From positions 10,726,001-10,790,000 of the forward strand of contig CM120640.1 in assembly GCA_051362555.1 (NCBI GenBank): 64,000 nt of DNA, written 5' to 3'. This document shows, in pieces, positions 36,509-50,863 of the stretch; the stretch's first letter is position 1, and each line of letters starts with the position of its first letter. The notes beneath the pieces are model-generated. The model saw only the letters and a program-made list of their open reading frames with translations, did no database searches and was not told the origin of the DNA. The position numbers and the translations under genes were made by a program. This DNA comes from Lingula anatina. Its lineage: Eukaryota; Animalia; Brachiopoda.

Positions 36509-39021
36509 TTTGAAAAAGTACAGATAATAAAAAAAAAGAAAAAGTAAAATGAAAGAAAATGATAGAAAAGAGGACAAAAAATTCAAATTTACTGCATTTC
36601 TATGACGTTGATGGTGTGTGACGTCTCATGTCTCTCACGTTTTCTTTACAACATTATGCGTGCATCATGACGTCATCATGGATTGTTGCTCTCTGTGTTC
36701 AGTATAACATCGATTTCACTTTAAGATTATAACTGAAAACTTTATTAACACAGGAACCACAATATTAATCAGTTTTCAGTATGGCTGTGACAGCTTTATA
36801 TCTATTAAAAACCGATTGCGTCTAGACACGACCCGAAATAATAATGTTTAATTAATACTACATGCTTATAGGGCATTATATTCAATACAACGGTAGCCTA
36901 AGCGATGCTTGGTATTTAAAATGTATAGATCAGGTTCTGGTCAATCAAGCAGAAAAAGGAAGTTAACTCGGAAGCAACAGTTCCAAGTGTGAGTCTGAAC
37001 TGATGTCAACAAAGTTTTTTTTTGGGGGGGGGGAATTTCCAGCGATGACTGATACCTGATGATTATTAAAAAAGCGGCATCACAGGGTGTGAATTTAATA
37101 TGTAGACCAACAAAAAGATAGGCCTACAACAAATTCATCTATACAGATTGCATTTACCACAGCCAAGTATGATGAATAAACAAAAAGGAAATTAGATTAT
37201 TAAATGTTTCGTAAGTTACTTCTCCCTAAGATAGGTCATGGTTTTGAGTTAAGTAGTACCCCAAACAGTTTGGTGGGTGCTATAAGTTGAGCATATAGCA
37301 ACAGCAGTGTGACAGCTCAAACATCACTTGAAAGGTTTGTATTTCCTCTAGCATTTTTACGAAAGGCCCTGTAAATAAATTATGGCAACTAAACGAAATT
37401 GTATACAGATTTTACATACCCCTAAGAAGTCGATCAAAATTAAGAATAACACTTAAACTAAAGGTGGTGACAAAAAGCATCACTATTGTACTTTCTTAAT
37501 ATTTTTAACCTTTCGGCATGATCAAAAATTGTACTGTTTGTCTACGGGTGCTTCCTTCCAAAGGTAACGTTTTTGCCGTTATTGTTTATCTCTAAATAAC
37601 AATATTGTAAGGGAGTGGGGGATACACGTGTATATTACATTCTTAAAGATCAAAGGAGGGAATAATTCAATTGGTGTTACGAACAGATATTTTACACAAA
37701 AGTCTATAATTGGTAGTAGCCTATTTGGTAACTCGAACGGTTCTTACAAAGAGTGTGCATTGTATTTAGCCGGTTTATGAGTTTTAGCAACTAACGCTGG
37801 ACCCCAAACTGAAACTAACACGCTTGAGTTCTTAAATGCAAATTAATTTAAATTAATTTATCAATCCAACTTATTACTATGTTGAACTTTTTCCCGATTG
37901 ACCCTTGACTCCCTTGGAGTTCACCCACGCAAGTTGTACCGATGTCCACCTCAGTGGTATCTTTTAAGTATAGTGTTATTAGTGTCCAAAATATTACAAA
38001 TATTGTCTAATTGCTTGTTGATCCACAAGGGTTTTATGCAGTAAAAAGGGGAAAGGCAGATTGTGGTTAATATCCTACTCGTCAGCCGTGCTGAACTTCA
38101 TGATAATATCCTACTTATTAACAGAGTAACGTCGGAAACCTATCACTATTTAGTACCAGTTTACAATGCAGCGAAATGGGCGATTAACCCTATGCGTATA
38201 AAACACCCAAACCCAACATAGAGGTGCAGTTGATGCCACAGGCATGCTCTTAAAAACTTAGTGCACCGATTACAAACTATGTTTGATCATTTTAGGGTCC
38301 CACGTGGAGAAGTTTGTATCAAAGTTTCACTCTCCTGGAACCATGAATAATAAAAAATAATTAATCTATTATCCCCAAAAAGGAACATACATTACTGTCA
38401 CAAATGCAAAACGTACAGCTGTGAAACGTTTTACTCACTTTGAAAGTTCAATCATTATTGGTTTTGTTCCTTGATTTATCTCCTACAAGTATAAGTAAAA
38501 AATTATAACAATCTTCTGTATAGAGCAGTTAATTGTTTTTGAGCGACTTGTTTGCTTGTCACTAAATATTTAAAAAAAACGGGGAAAACACACCCTACCG
38601 ACAGTAAAATAAGCATTCAATTAATTATTTTTCCCTCATGATCCAAATACTACATCAGAAATGTCAAAGTATCATGGAATCACAATATATTTTTCGGTCA
38701 GCAACAGAAAACGCTTTTCTATTGCACCAAATACTTGAACAAAATGAAATTTTTTGACAATTTTTCCGGGGAATATACGTTACCTAGTACTATCCATGAC
38801 GCAAAGCCCCTTGAGATTTGGTGAAAAGATTGGGTGAAAAGCAAAAAATGCCAACAAAATGAGAGTTTGTCCTTCAAAAGAATTTATTTTCATTTCAATA
38901 ACATAAGGATAAGTATTTCACATGGAGAATAATGGTCTCTCCACGTTACAAATATTATAGTCTATTTTGAACGAGAATAACTCCAACACCGTCAGGTCAC
39001 GAGATTCATGTGCCTTAGCTT

Positions 39022-39142
39022 CCCTCTGCCAGGGCCACAGATTGATTTTTACTAGATATTCACAGACAACGTCTCTGGCTAAATATGGTCAATCTTATAA
39101 ATGTGAAAATGTGCCTATAATATCTGCCACCCTGGTAGAGGG
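39022..39142. mobile_element. Short MITE, family with three copies (also 51062-51194 and 52591-52722)
   Basis: TIRs ccctct(a/g)ccaggg / cc(c/a)tggtagaggg; the internal sequence is shared between the 51062 and 52591 copies. Confidence 0.6.
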
Positions 39143-39893
39143 TAGGCCTTAGCCACGGAACCCAAAATGCTGCACTTTTTTAACCCGAAGTGCTGCATTT
39201 TTTAGTTTTTACAAGTCCCTAAATGTAATGGAACGGAGTCATTGTGCAGTAGGACTGTCAATAAAAAATCACCGTTCCGCGACTATCTTTGCTTCCAATT
39301 ACCAAACTACAACATTACAGACAGTGTTGCAAAGTTAACTTAGTATGCTCTTCAGAGTCGTGTGTGCCTTTTACTTAATGTATTTTAATCAATGAATGTC
39401 ATTTTATTTCTGTATAAATAAACCCATAACAGAGTTCTCTGTGCGTATTTGTATATGCATATACAATATTTTACTTGCGTATGTAAAAAAACTTTATTTT
39501 TCACCTCTATGGAATGGCAACGGAAACGGGGGAAAGCTTTATACATGCACTTAGGCCTTTATAACGTAAAGTACCGACACTATTGTAAGTAAAAATGTGC
39601 TCATGCATTGTATTCTGACAAAAAAAAAGACAACCCCAGCCAGCTACCCAACTTAAATGACTTCAAGGTCCAAATTAGGAAATAGGCCTACAATAAAAAA
39701 AAACGTGGCTGCAATTTTAACAAGCATTAAATTTTTTATCAGTTAGGCACAAATACAAAAATATAAAACACTGTAAAGTTTTAGATTACACACGAGTATG
39801 ATACAAAAAAAAAACTTGTCACTGTGTTAAACAAAATACTAAGAAGAAACCTGTACAAACAAAATGTTAAGAAGAAACCTGGACTATCTATAT

Positions 39894-40561
39894 TTAATAA
39901 TTCGGAAATTGGTTACGACCAGGACCAGACGTAGGGAATTTTGGACGGAATGACAATGGTGGCAGTGCCGTGGTCACAGGATCAGGAATGACATGAAACT
40001 CGGTCACCGGTTCCATAGAATATGCAAGTGATCCGTTATTTCTAGTTTCCTCATTGGGTGGTGCATCCCACGCACTGTGATGACTACGACCGCTCATTGG
40101 GCGAGAGTCGGAATTCGATGTTTCAGTTATTTCCCTTGACTCAAAGATTTGGCTGTAATGGAGAGGCTTCATATCAGCCAAGGAGTCCCCAACATGCACG
40201 TTTAATGTGTTTGAATTGACAGACACTGGTCGGTTTTCCCCCATTTCTCCTTTACCACCAACACTGCTACTGGGCGCATAATACCTAGCCGATTTACCTC
40301 TGGAAAGAAAATTCGAAAAGCGGGTAAGTTTAAATGAAAATGGTAATAATACATAAGTCAGAAATAAAAGCATTGTATATTTTGGTTCATTTCTACAGTG
40401 AAATTCACAGTAGTTACTAAAATGTTTATCCAGAAGGTTGATGGTTGGTGTATTGGCCTATCAGATGTATTCTTTTCTTTATTTGTGCTCCTCCACATAA
40501 CGCAGTGCTTTGGAGTATATTGACTTTGGTTGTCTCTAAGGCAGAATTACTACCGCTGCTG

Positions 40562-40594
<33 letters not shown>

Positions 40595-43500
40595 TTATAA
40601 TTATTACTATTATTATTATTAGCTTACCTTTTAATTTTGACAATGTATATGTAAGCCCCAATGATGACACACACGCAGACAACACTCAATGCAACCATGA
40701 CGCCAATTACAACTAACGCCGAAGAGCTTAACTGCCCTGCATTGGTCGGAGGCCTTAAACCTTTTGTGGTTCCTGTTGGAGAAGATGTTGGGGCTGTCAC
40801 TGGGGGTGTATAGCTGACGGGCACACTACTGGGCGTAACAGTTTCTGTTGATGTAAACGAGGTCACTGATGATCCAGGACCCATATGCATTCGATTTGAT
40901 GACAGTTCAATGGTAGCAGTAGATTCATGTGCATCTAATAAGCTAAGTGAGGATGATGGCGATATTGCTGTCTCAGTTGCAGAAACGCGTGTTACAGGCA
41001 AATTCCTCGAAGTTTCTGCAAAAATGGACGTCGAAACAGATCCATGTGTCATCGGCAAATGTGTAGATTTTTCTGGTAGCACAGAGCCAACTGGGTTCGA
41101 GGAATGTGCCTCAGGTAATGGTATTGTTGAAGATACTTCTTGAACTGTCGTCGCTGTCGAAGCGTGTGTCACGGGTAAGCTGGTAGAGGACGAGCCAGCA
41201 GATGCCGCCGATGTGCCCACACTTGCCACCTGAACAATAAGTGAAGATGCTGTAACAGATGTAGTTGACTTGTAAGAATGCGTTTCTGGCTCATTAGTCG
41301 AAGATAATACCGAAGATACAGTGGATATGGAAGCATATGCCACGGGAGCGTTGCTCGAAAACTGTGCCGCAATGGTGATCGATGTAGAATCAAAAGACAT
41401 AGTTGAAGACCACTCGGACGAGGTCAAAACTGTTGAAGAATAATCCTCCGGTGAGTTCGTCGATGAAGCTTCCCCTGGTGTATAACGCGTGGAAAAAAGC
41501 TGTGAATTCGCCTCTGAGGCTGTTGTCAGGGAAGACGGTTGGGTTGATAGGAAGATAATAGATGTTGATGTTGTTGATGTTCCTCGATCTTGCACTGTGG
41601 AGGAACCGTAAGCGTGTGTGGAGGAACTGGACAGGTCTCCTGTGGATTTACTTTCAAATAAAGCGCAGCTTCCAGCTGAAAAAAGTAGTTCATGTAGGTA
41701 TATATTTTCACATTTGACCCCTTCGTGGTATGTGTATTTTAATATTCGATGGAATTTAAGTAGCTGTTTGAAAATATTTTTTAAAGATTGTCTTTGTTTT
41801 CTCTCTTGCTCAAAAGAAAATTGAGAAAAAATAATCTACCCTTCTATCCGTGCAATCAAAACAATGGTAGTTTATCGTAAGTAACCTATTCGGTTGTCAA
41901 TTTTTATTACTTTATTGAAATGCTTCAGATGGTCAAAATGTTTGGCAATTTACCGAACTAAGTTTGATATAGAAATATGTATGTGGTATTGTTTGCGTGA
42001 AAATAAGTGCCAAAGAAGTAGTAGAAATATAACAATACTGAATTATACTGAGTCATACCGTCTTCTACACTGGTCCAGGCCAAAGAGTTGGTATCAGGGT
42101 GACAAATCAAGGAAGAATTTTCTGAATCCCGTTCGCACGTCTCATAGCACGTCCCATTTACTTTGCATTTGTCGCTCTGAATGAACACAGTTAAAACCAA
42201 TGGTTACAAATATTATTTATGTGAAAAGATGTGCTTTTGGAAAAGGACAAAATAATACAATAACACAGTTGTGTCTGGCAGTATGTACATGCATATACTC
42301 AAACATTCATATCAACGAACTACGCTAATAAGTAAAAATGCAACGTGTCAAATAATGTTTGCAAGTTAATGCGTTCACCAATACCTGCAATGTCCACTGA
42401 TAACTATTGGTGTTCACATCGCACACTTCACAAGCAGCTCCCGCCCTTTGAGCACCATTTGTGTAGCATTCTCCGTCAATGACACAGCTACTGCCCTGAT
42501 AGGTGGACGGAAACCAACGAGTAAATAAGTGGTTTTAGAAAAAAATTCTTTGCACAACAACGACAGAGAAGCAACGCTAATAAAAACAATTTTCAAGTTT
42601 CAGAAATATTAACTGTAAATATGAAAAAAAACGACAGACTTCTTAAAAATCCCGCAGACCATGGTACAGAGAGGCGTGTTCTTAGTGTTTCGTGAATATC
42701 TAATATATCTAATAAAATAAATGACTTATTACCTGTGTCAGCCACCCTGACACGTTGTGGGTGGGGTCACAAGTCTGACACGCGTTGCTAGGGTTGACCT
42801 CACCAGACGAATAACATACACCGTCTATAATGCAGGTTCCATTCTGGAATGGAATAAGGCTGGAGATAAGTAAGTACAAACGTAAATAAATGAATTTTGT
42901 GATTGATTATGCATAGTTAAGTAACCAAGCAGTAAGTAGCTAGCCAAAATGATTCATGAAAATTGAACAATTTAGCGTACAGCCAAAATGATTCCCGCAA
43001 ATTAAAATAATTACCTTGAGAGTGCAATTAGTTGTTGAATTGCAGTCCACACACTTCGAATCGTATACCAGAATGTACCTGGGTTCACTGTAGTTCAGAC
43101 CGTTGTTACTGACGCTCACTTTGTAACCTTCTGCCAGAACGACCTCCGTGCTTCCAGGGGATATGGTCCTTTTCTTCCTGGAATGTGCATTGGGTAGGCT
43201 GCACATCACTTCTTGGATATGGACGAACTCTGCGTCCGACTCAGTTTGTGAAGATGTAGTCGTAACGCCTGAGAAGGTTACCTGAAATGACAAATGGGAA
43301 TTCATTGGAACAGTTTACTTGCTACATGTATACTGTTATGGAGAACAAATTACGTATATTCAAGACAATACAGCGCTAACAAAGAGCGGGCTATAATGTT
43401 ACTTAGTATAGATATGTTTGGCACATTTCAGCCAGATTATGCGATTTCAGCTTAACACCTGGAAATGCTTAAATCTCTTCGTATGAGATCTATATTTCAC

Positions 43501-46500
43501 AATAAAAACATTGTGAATAACTCATAAAAATATAATATATTCTGTTTTACCACAAAAACGGCAGTTATAGGTATTATTCTGATATCTGAACTTGTCTTTA
43601 GACCACATGACCTCCATTGATGGCTATACTCTGTTAAAATCTCTTAAGAGATTTTAACAAAAAAACACAATTTTTAGAAAATAACCAGGGACTAACTTTG
43701 AATGTAAAAATGGATTCATTAACCATTGGTAAGTATGGAAAAATTGTTGTTTACTCCAGGAAAATTAATTTTTTGGCTAAAACGAAGAGTTATGATCCCT
43801 TTAACGTAACAATTTTAAACGTAACGTAGTGCATTACGATTTTAATATAAATTCTGAATAATGTTTACAACGTCTCTTATAGTCTCTTAATTTAAAAAAA
43901 ATCTTAATTGCCGAGATCTTAATTACAAAGAAGATGTCAACGTAATTCAGAATTTATATTAAAATCGTTAATCATTTATATTAAAATGCTCATACCTTAT
44001 ATACAGTAAACATGCATTTTATACGAAGGTCTTGAATAAACATTGAACAGTATACTGGTGTCTCTCTACAAGGTCTGGAGCTTTCGTCGCAAAGGCCGTT
44101 GTCAGGCATTTCAAAACACGTGATCTGGACATTTTTGTCCATTGAACAGTCGGCACCATAATATCCGTCTTCGCAAGAGCAGGTTCCTGAAACAATGGTA
44201 AATGTATGCATTCGTTCCTGAACCGCTGCACTGCACATGTCAACTGTCGTGTGTTTTACTTGCATGACAATATAATGAACTCTATGATGAAACTACGATA
44301 GATTTTATCAAATGCGTATATGATTAGCAATAGGGCTAGTTATTTAATACCATTCGACTTGGAGCATATTCCATTTCCCGAACACTGATTTGGACATAAG
44401 CCGGCCGCTATACTTTCTGGTAGAAATGCCCTGCCGGTTTCGTTATCAAATATCCACAATGTACTGTTCTTTTCCAGTTCGACTTCCATGGACATTCTGA
44501 AAGCTTCTTTTGTCGCTTTTGTAAAATGGGTGTCTCCTGTTATCTGTAAAAGATCGAAACTTGTCACGTCCCGTGTGTTAATATGGAAATGAATAGCTTT
44601 CTACGAGAATGTGACCAGTCGCATACTTTGAAAAGGTTGAGCATTTTCCTTGAAATTCTTTTCACTGAGCAAGGGGCTAGTATATTTATGCGCAGCACTA
44701 ATACAATGTACGATGACATATTGTCATTCTAAACGTAAATTGTTCATCTGGTCAATGAGTGGTTTACTTAAAGTCAAAATGCAGACAATGCCGATCGAAC
44801 AGAATAATAAAGGCATAGGAAACACCACATTAAACAGAAAACATTTAAAGCTACAAAACCGAATGAAAAGATATGACTACGGATGACAGGACAAATAGTC
44901 TTACTTTTATGTCCAAAACGCATTCTTCTACATAATTCTCGGGTTTTAAGTTACTAAGAGCTGCTGAAGTGTTACCCAAAGCTCCACCAAGGATTTCATC
45001 ACTGCAGTAGGCACGAGCCACGTCTTCTGTCCACCCATTTGTCCATGTAGCAGTCTTAAATAAGGTGACTGTCATAAAAAGGCTTGTTTTGCCATTCTGA
45101 GTGTAAAGCATTTAATGCCTGTGGAACAGTTAACAGGTGAATAGATTTAGAAAATATTATAATGGCAAATTGTCATTTTTAACATTCAAGGCTAATACAA
45201 AAAGAATCCTTTGCCATTTTAAATATTCACGTACGCCTTAATATTCAGATTGATAAATGATAACTTTCCGGAAAATAGGGATCTACAACACCTACCTCGT
45301 TTGGTGGACTATCTTCTACAAATATTCTTGTTTCCATTATTCTATCAGTACCAGAGAGATCCCGTCTTCGTCTGCAGTTCTGATATTGTTGCCGGGTGAT
45401 GTCTTTTATAGAATCAATACAATCTGAAACCTTTTGGTTAAAGCCACAGGATAGTCTGGACTCTGGGTCAAACGTATCTCCTTCGTTTTCACATGAACAG
45501 TACGGATGTCTGGCATATCTTGTACTTCCATCTCCGTTGTATAAACTCTCACTGCTTCCCATGGGAATTCTGTTTTGAGGGAAAAAACAAAAATTGGTAA
45601 GCTTATGGAACACCGTCCAACACTGAAGACTAGAGAGCACCCCGAAAACATAGACTTACGCCAAGAAAAAATGAAAGTAATAATGATAATAAATTATCCT
45701 TTTAAAATACGGCACTTATGAATTTTGCCACTAAATAAGTGCTTAAGTACCCTGAAAATAACATCAAAGTTTTGATGAACTTGTCCACAAACAAACAGAA
45801 AAACTGGCACCAATAACATCACAATTGTTGTTTAGTTGGCAGAGACAATGAACTGAACACATTCTTTCAAATGGTTGAGTTTAGTTTCACAATAACACTT
45901 CAGTATAACTAACAAAAATTTGTTCAAAATAACTGAAACAGATGTTCTAATGTATTGAAATATTTCACGTACTTCCAAGACTCAGAAAATGTGTTTGGGG
46001 GGTTTTCGGTGTTCAAGTTGTGGAACACCCCATCCCTGCGTCGAAGATTACCACGCCGTGGCCCTGTAAAGTCCCCACACAGACCTTCCGTGTTTGCATA
46101 GTCCAGAGTTCCAGCATATATATCTACATTTGCAAGGTATATTTCACCGTAGTCATGTAATGAAATAAGAACGTATCCTCCTGTGGGCAAGTACACCTGT
46201 AAATGAATTTAAAACCATAAAATTATATGATTATATGATTATTGTGATGGAATATCAATGTCCACGTTGTGTATCTCTCTCTCTTTCTCTCCCTCTCTCT
46301 CTCTCTCCTTACCTTATAACCAATCCCTACTAATCTCTCAACCCTCATTGTTTCTTCATCACAACCAATCATACCCATGCGCAGGCGAGAGCGATGATTG
46401 CCTTTGAAGTACACATCTCTCCCTGTCTGGTCACATGAATCTACCACGAAAACGTCCCCTCCAGATTTCACCGCCACTCCACAGTTACACGTAGCTCCAC

Positions 46501-46677
46501 CACATTTTGTAAAGAACGTGTTTACCTGTCAATATAAATAAAAGTTTAAATATAGTTTAAGTGCAAAAGTTAAGTTACACATTGCATTTCAATTTTCTTC
46601 CTTTTCCTTTAATTGACAAGAAACATGCATGTTTACTATTTCTGATACTTTGTACATTTATCTGTACATCACCAATA

Positions 46678-46747
<70 letters not shown>

Positions 46748-49127
46748 TTTATTACCTGTATAGGTAAGGTTTTATGTCTGTACAATATGAATTCTCCAGG
46801 CAGTTGGCATTCATAATGTCTGGATAAAAAAAACAAAAAAGGAGAACATCATGCATTGTACAATTCATTTTCCCCAAAAGGACGATTTTACTTATGCACA
46901 TAGATTTCAATCTAAAGACATTTAAAATCTAATGATGATCAATGTTTAAATATTTTCCGGAGTCTGCAGTAAGATAAATGGCATCTTTCCTCATTTGAAT
47001 CATCTTACAATGGCGGCCCCAGAAGGGGAGGGGTGGTCACAGAATACCCGTTTATCTTATACTTACATGCCAGAAAATGACAGCATGTGAGGATCGTTGT
47101 GAGAATAACAGTGAACTCCTGCTAATTCGGCATCTTCATCTATGACATGTACCTAAGGGAAAAGAGCACGGACTAGACTTTTTTTCATAAAAACTCCCGT
47201 TGTTACACCAGCAGCCAACAAGGTGCGTCCGACTTTCATATTTTACATTTATCTCTCTAACGACATTGTTCGTGTCACATCATACGTCTATTTTAAAGCA
47301 AAACTATTTTGATGACGCTGTCATCAAATGATGATGCTGTAAAAAAGGAAGAACGAAAATGTTATTCCACCGGTTGCATTTAACCGAAATATACCATTGC
47401 TGGACATCAAAGACAAAGAGCTACCGGAAATCACACTTACTTGTATCTAAACTGTAATAGAGTTCTTGCTTTCAAAGCAAAAAAGATACCTACCAGAATA
47501 TCGGGGTGCAAGTAATTTGTCCAGATCGGGTGCCAAAAAAAATCATTTGCTGTTCCGAGCTTGACGGCAGCAATGTGATCCCCATCATATTTCCCGTCGA
47601 GAACGGCTTTTACGTGTAAAGGATAGGTTGTCGCCTGGTTCCAATCATCCATGCTTGTTGTAACAGGTATCTGGACTCCACAAGGCATTCCTTCGAGTTC
47701 CTTTACCAACTCCCTGGTAGTACTCACTGGCACGCCCTTGCATTGGCCCGTCCTGTCAGGCACATTTGGGATCTTGACTTCGACTATCAAGTATTTTTCA
47801 TTGCAGTTGAGGTCAAAATCCGGAAACGGTGTACACAGGACTGGCAGCGTGGGCCTGATTTCCAGTAATGTTGCGTCTAGGTCCCCTTCTGATACGTGGA
47901 GTGGAGTATCTGTTACTACCTAAAAACACACACATCTTTTCATAAGCCAACAAAAAAAGCACTCAGGGAATACAGACAAAACAGCTCAGACCTCTTTTTG
48001 CTTAATGTTGCTAAAAAACAGACAGGCAGACAAATCAAATAATAATATTAATACTAAACTTATCAAGCACTAGTCTGATATTATATCCTAATTAAACATG
48101 TACATATAATATACAAGTAGGAGTTTATATGCCTATCTTACATGTTATATCACAATTTTAGAAAAAAAAGGTGACGCATATAGACCATCCTCTTAGACTG
48201 ACGACACAAAAGATGACACTTACCCTTAAACAAAATGACTGTGAAAACAGTACAGTGTCCTACAGGTATGTTATTTATATTTATTCTTACACAGTCATTT
48301 CAACTGCAATATTACATGCTGGTTATTCATCTCACCTCTATGCCAGCGTAAAATGTCTGACTCCTCAATTTGGTACCAACCGCCCCATTTTGACCAAACC
48401 TAGCGCGCACCTCACATGAAACCTAAAACATCAAGTTATAGAAAATAGTCAGTGTTAACCCTTGCCTAAATACAGGTGCATGTAGGATGCTTTGAAACAG
48501 AACGAATATACACGTATTACTGGCAAATCGATCACATCGCCCCATCGCTCGCTAGAAAAAGATAGGCCCCTCAATTAGTGCGATTAGGCACATTTAAAAT
48601 ATATGAAAAAATAAATCATACCAGGAGAGTGGACTTGCAGCTGTTAACAAACGTATCATGTTAGCATCGCAACCTACTTTTACATTAAGTCTCTTCTCAT
48701 CCTCCCAGTCACTTTCTTGTAAAATGGCAGGTAAATCTGCAAGAGGAACTTGGTGGGTGTGGACGAGGTCTTCGTCCATATACCAATTCACGTCAAAAAC
48801 CAAATCCGCCTGTTTGTCAGCAGCAATCTCGGAGAAATCGGGGTGACAACGGAATTGAATCTCATTGAATTGCAGGCCATTCCGAGTCCTTGTGCCAATA
48901 GTCCAGTCAAGCGTCGGCACAATAGTAATTCTTGGAAAGTCGCCTACAAATCCAATTAAAAAGAATGAATAAAGTTACACAGGTTTTGAAACATGTGGTC
49001 CTTGAAATAAAACCCAGTATGTTCATTGTACCTGTGCATTTTTAAACGATTTTTATAAGGTAATACCAGGTCATTATTGTAAAAAATTCGAACTGATCAA
49101 AATCAACAGGAATATGATGAACCGACA

Positions 49128-49168
<41 letters not shown>

Positions 49169-49424
49169 CGTGTGTACCAGACCAGTTAAAATTGTTTTTA
49201 TTTACCAGTACAGCCAGGTGTAAATCCAGTAGGTGAAGATTGGTCGTCAGGACATGGAGTCTCTGTGCCTAAAAAAGCACAAAGAAGGAAATAATTTCGC
49301 ATCGTTTTCAGAAAGAGCACAGTCTTGCGTGACTTCAAGAATGTTTCATTTGTCTAATCGACATCATTATAAGATAAACTTGTAAAGCTTCCTCCCAGTC
49401 GTTTATAAAAGTTGATGCTGCATT

Positions 49425-49475
<51 letters not shown>

Positions 49476-50863
49476 AGCAACTTATTATCAATATTATTCA
49501 TTCAGTTATAGGTTAAGTTCAGGACTCACCAACACAATAGGCCTCCGAACAACCAGTAGTCTTAACTAGGTAATACACATTAAATTCATCATTACAGTTC
49601 TTCACTTTGATATCGTAACTCTTTTCACAACAGTCAAAGATGCTGTAAAGACAGGCTGTGGCCTGAATCTCTGTGTTCGTAGCCGGGAGGTTGCCTAAAA
49701 TGAAATATGATTTTGTCATTATCTAAAGTGGTATTATATAATCAAATTCATCAGTTATAAAAATAAAGAAGCACCCAGGGTGTATGCCATACGTACTTAC
49801 ACTGGTGGATGCAGGGTTTTGCTGGGAGGAAGGGGGCATACGGGAAGGGAGAGGGCTTTTGCCTTGCTTCGCTTGACAGACAGATCCAGCAATTTGGCTG
49901 TAATAACGGTATGTAAGGCAAAGGGATGGAAACATTGCTTTGGTTTGTCTCTTTCCTTTTTATACTGTTTTGGGAATGGTGGTGAGGCAAAAGGGGGTAC
50001 GTCAATTCTGAATATAAGAGAGCACAAGACTTTCTGTGTCCCCCCTTGGATCCACCTCTGACTGACGTCAAAACACTGATCACCTGTCCATTCCTGTCAT
50101 TACATTCCTGTCAGATAAATAGACGAGCCTTTTCTTCACTGTGCAAACAAACGTGAAAGAACTAATCATTTTAAACTTCTTCATTCATATCGAAGTCCTG
50201 GCTCCTCTCCAAACTCCCTCGATTAAATTAAACTAAATCCCTTTATTCTAAGCTCCATGCAAAATAATTTGAAATTGTAATCTCTATTTGTGGTTTGTGT
50301 CACAAATAATGTTATATTGTTGCAACTGATCATCTTTAAGATGCTATCAAGTGTGGTCTTTGCCTAATCCATCTTTGTATAGAGAATTGTCCCGATATGG
50401 CGGCAGACTAGTATAAATTAAGTAAACTTAGCGATTGTACTTCTTGTTGTATTACATATACATGTACATTGTCACAAGATTTGGAAAATAACGATGAACA
50501 TAAAAAATAAAGGATTAAAATGTATAGTCAGAAAAAAAATCACGTAGCCACCTTGCCACCTTTAGTTGTTTACTAAAAACACATAACATGTTTAACATTA
50601 ATTTTGGGACATTTTCATCCACGCAATACATGTGACACAAAAGTTCTTACCATCAAGCCAAATAGGCCATGTTGTCCCACAGCGATTTGGAAAGTTGGGG
50701 CACGTGGTAGGCATATCGTTGCCAGCAGGACTTATAAATCTGTACCATCCTTCATCTATATAGCGGTCACAGATCGCTATATCACCACTCTGCTTGACGT
50801 GACCGACACTTCTCTGCCACTCGTCCCGACGAACAACATGATTCCCAGCTTCGCATGGGTCAG
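39894..50863 (-). CDS. VWDE: VWD and EGF domain-containing (VWDE-like) type I membrane protein with N-terminal UMOD/GP2/OIT3 D8C domain and Ser/Thr-rich stalk, ~1560 aa without the signal-peptide exon
   Basis: Exons 50651-50863, 49530-49694, 49206-49268, 48678-48943, 48336-48422, 47494-47919, 47067-47152, 46756-46819, 46313-46525, 45973-46196, ~45296-45569, 44905-~45054, 44351-44543, 43996-44186, 43015-43281, 42733-42843, 42385-42495, 42059-42176, 40628-41675, 39894-40299. Motifs: D8C (GWYRF..MPTTCP..CGTTWPIWL, VKNC..YYL..GCSEAYC), VWD (NDPH, CNCGVAV, TEGLCG), EGF (CPNQCSGNGIC..CSCEDGYYGADCS), VSVSNNG..YDSKC, and TM LVVIGVMVALSVVCVCVIIGAYIYIV. The first coding exon is not fixed (candidate 55338-55443). 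Confidence 0.88.
40554..40620. repeat. (CTA)n/(TTA)n microsatellite
   Basis: Trinucleotide run beside a splice donor. Confidence 0.85.
43470..43800. mobile_element. TTAA-flanked MITE (Kolobok-like), family copy 2, 5' end eroded
   Basis: Nearly identical to 52893-53052 (ctcttcgtatgagatctatatttcacaataaaaacattgtgaataactcata); ends atccct|ttaa. Confidence 0.75.
46681..46744. repeat. (AT)n microsatellite
   Basis: Perfect AT run. Confidence 0.95.
49129..49468. repeat. Two (TG)n microsatellites (49129-49175 and 49427-49468)
   Basis: TG runs on either side of exon 49206-49268. Confidence 0.9.

Noticed and set aside
45255-45300. Possible GA donor (CCG|gaaagt) in the VWDE-like gene
   Set aside because: Canonical GT alternatives (gtaggt in phase 0, gttatc in phase 1) have compatible acceptors, so a GA-AG intron cannot be claimed without reads.
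49723-50083. Four overlapping ORFs in a GC-richer intronic patch
   Set aside because: No domain signal; the patch contains repeat-like ends (cccccttggatccacctctg) and is likely a decayed element.
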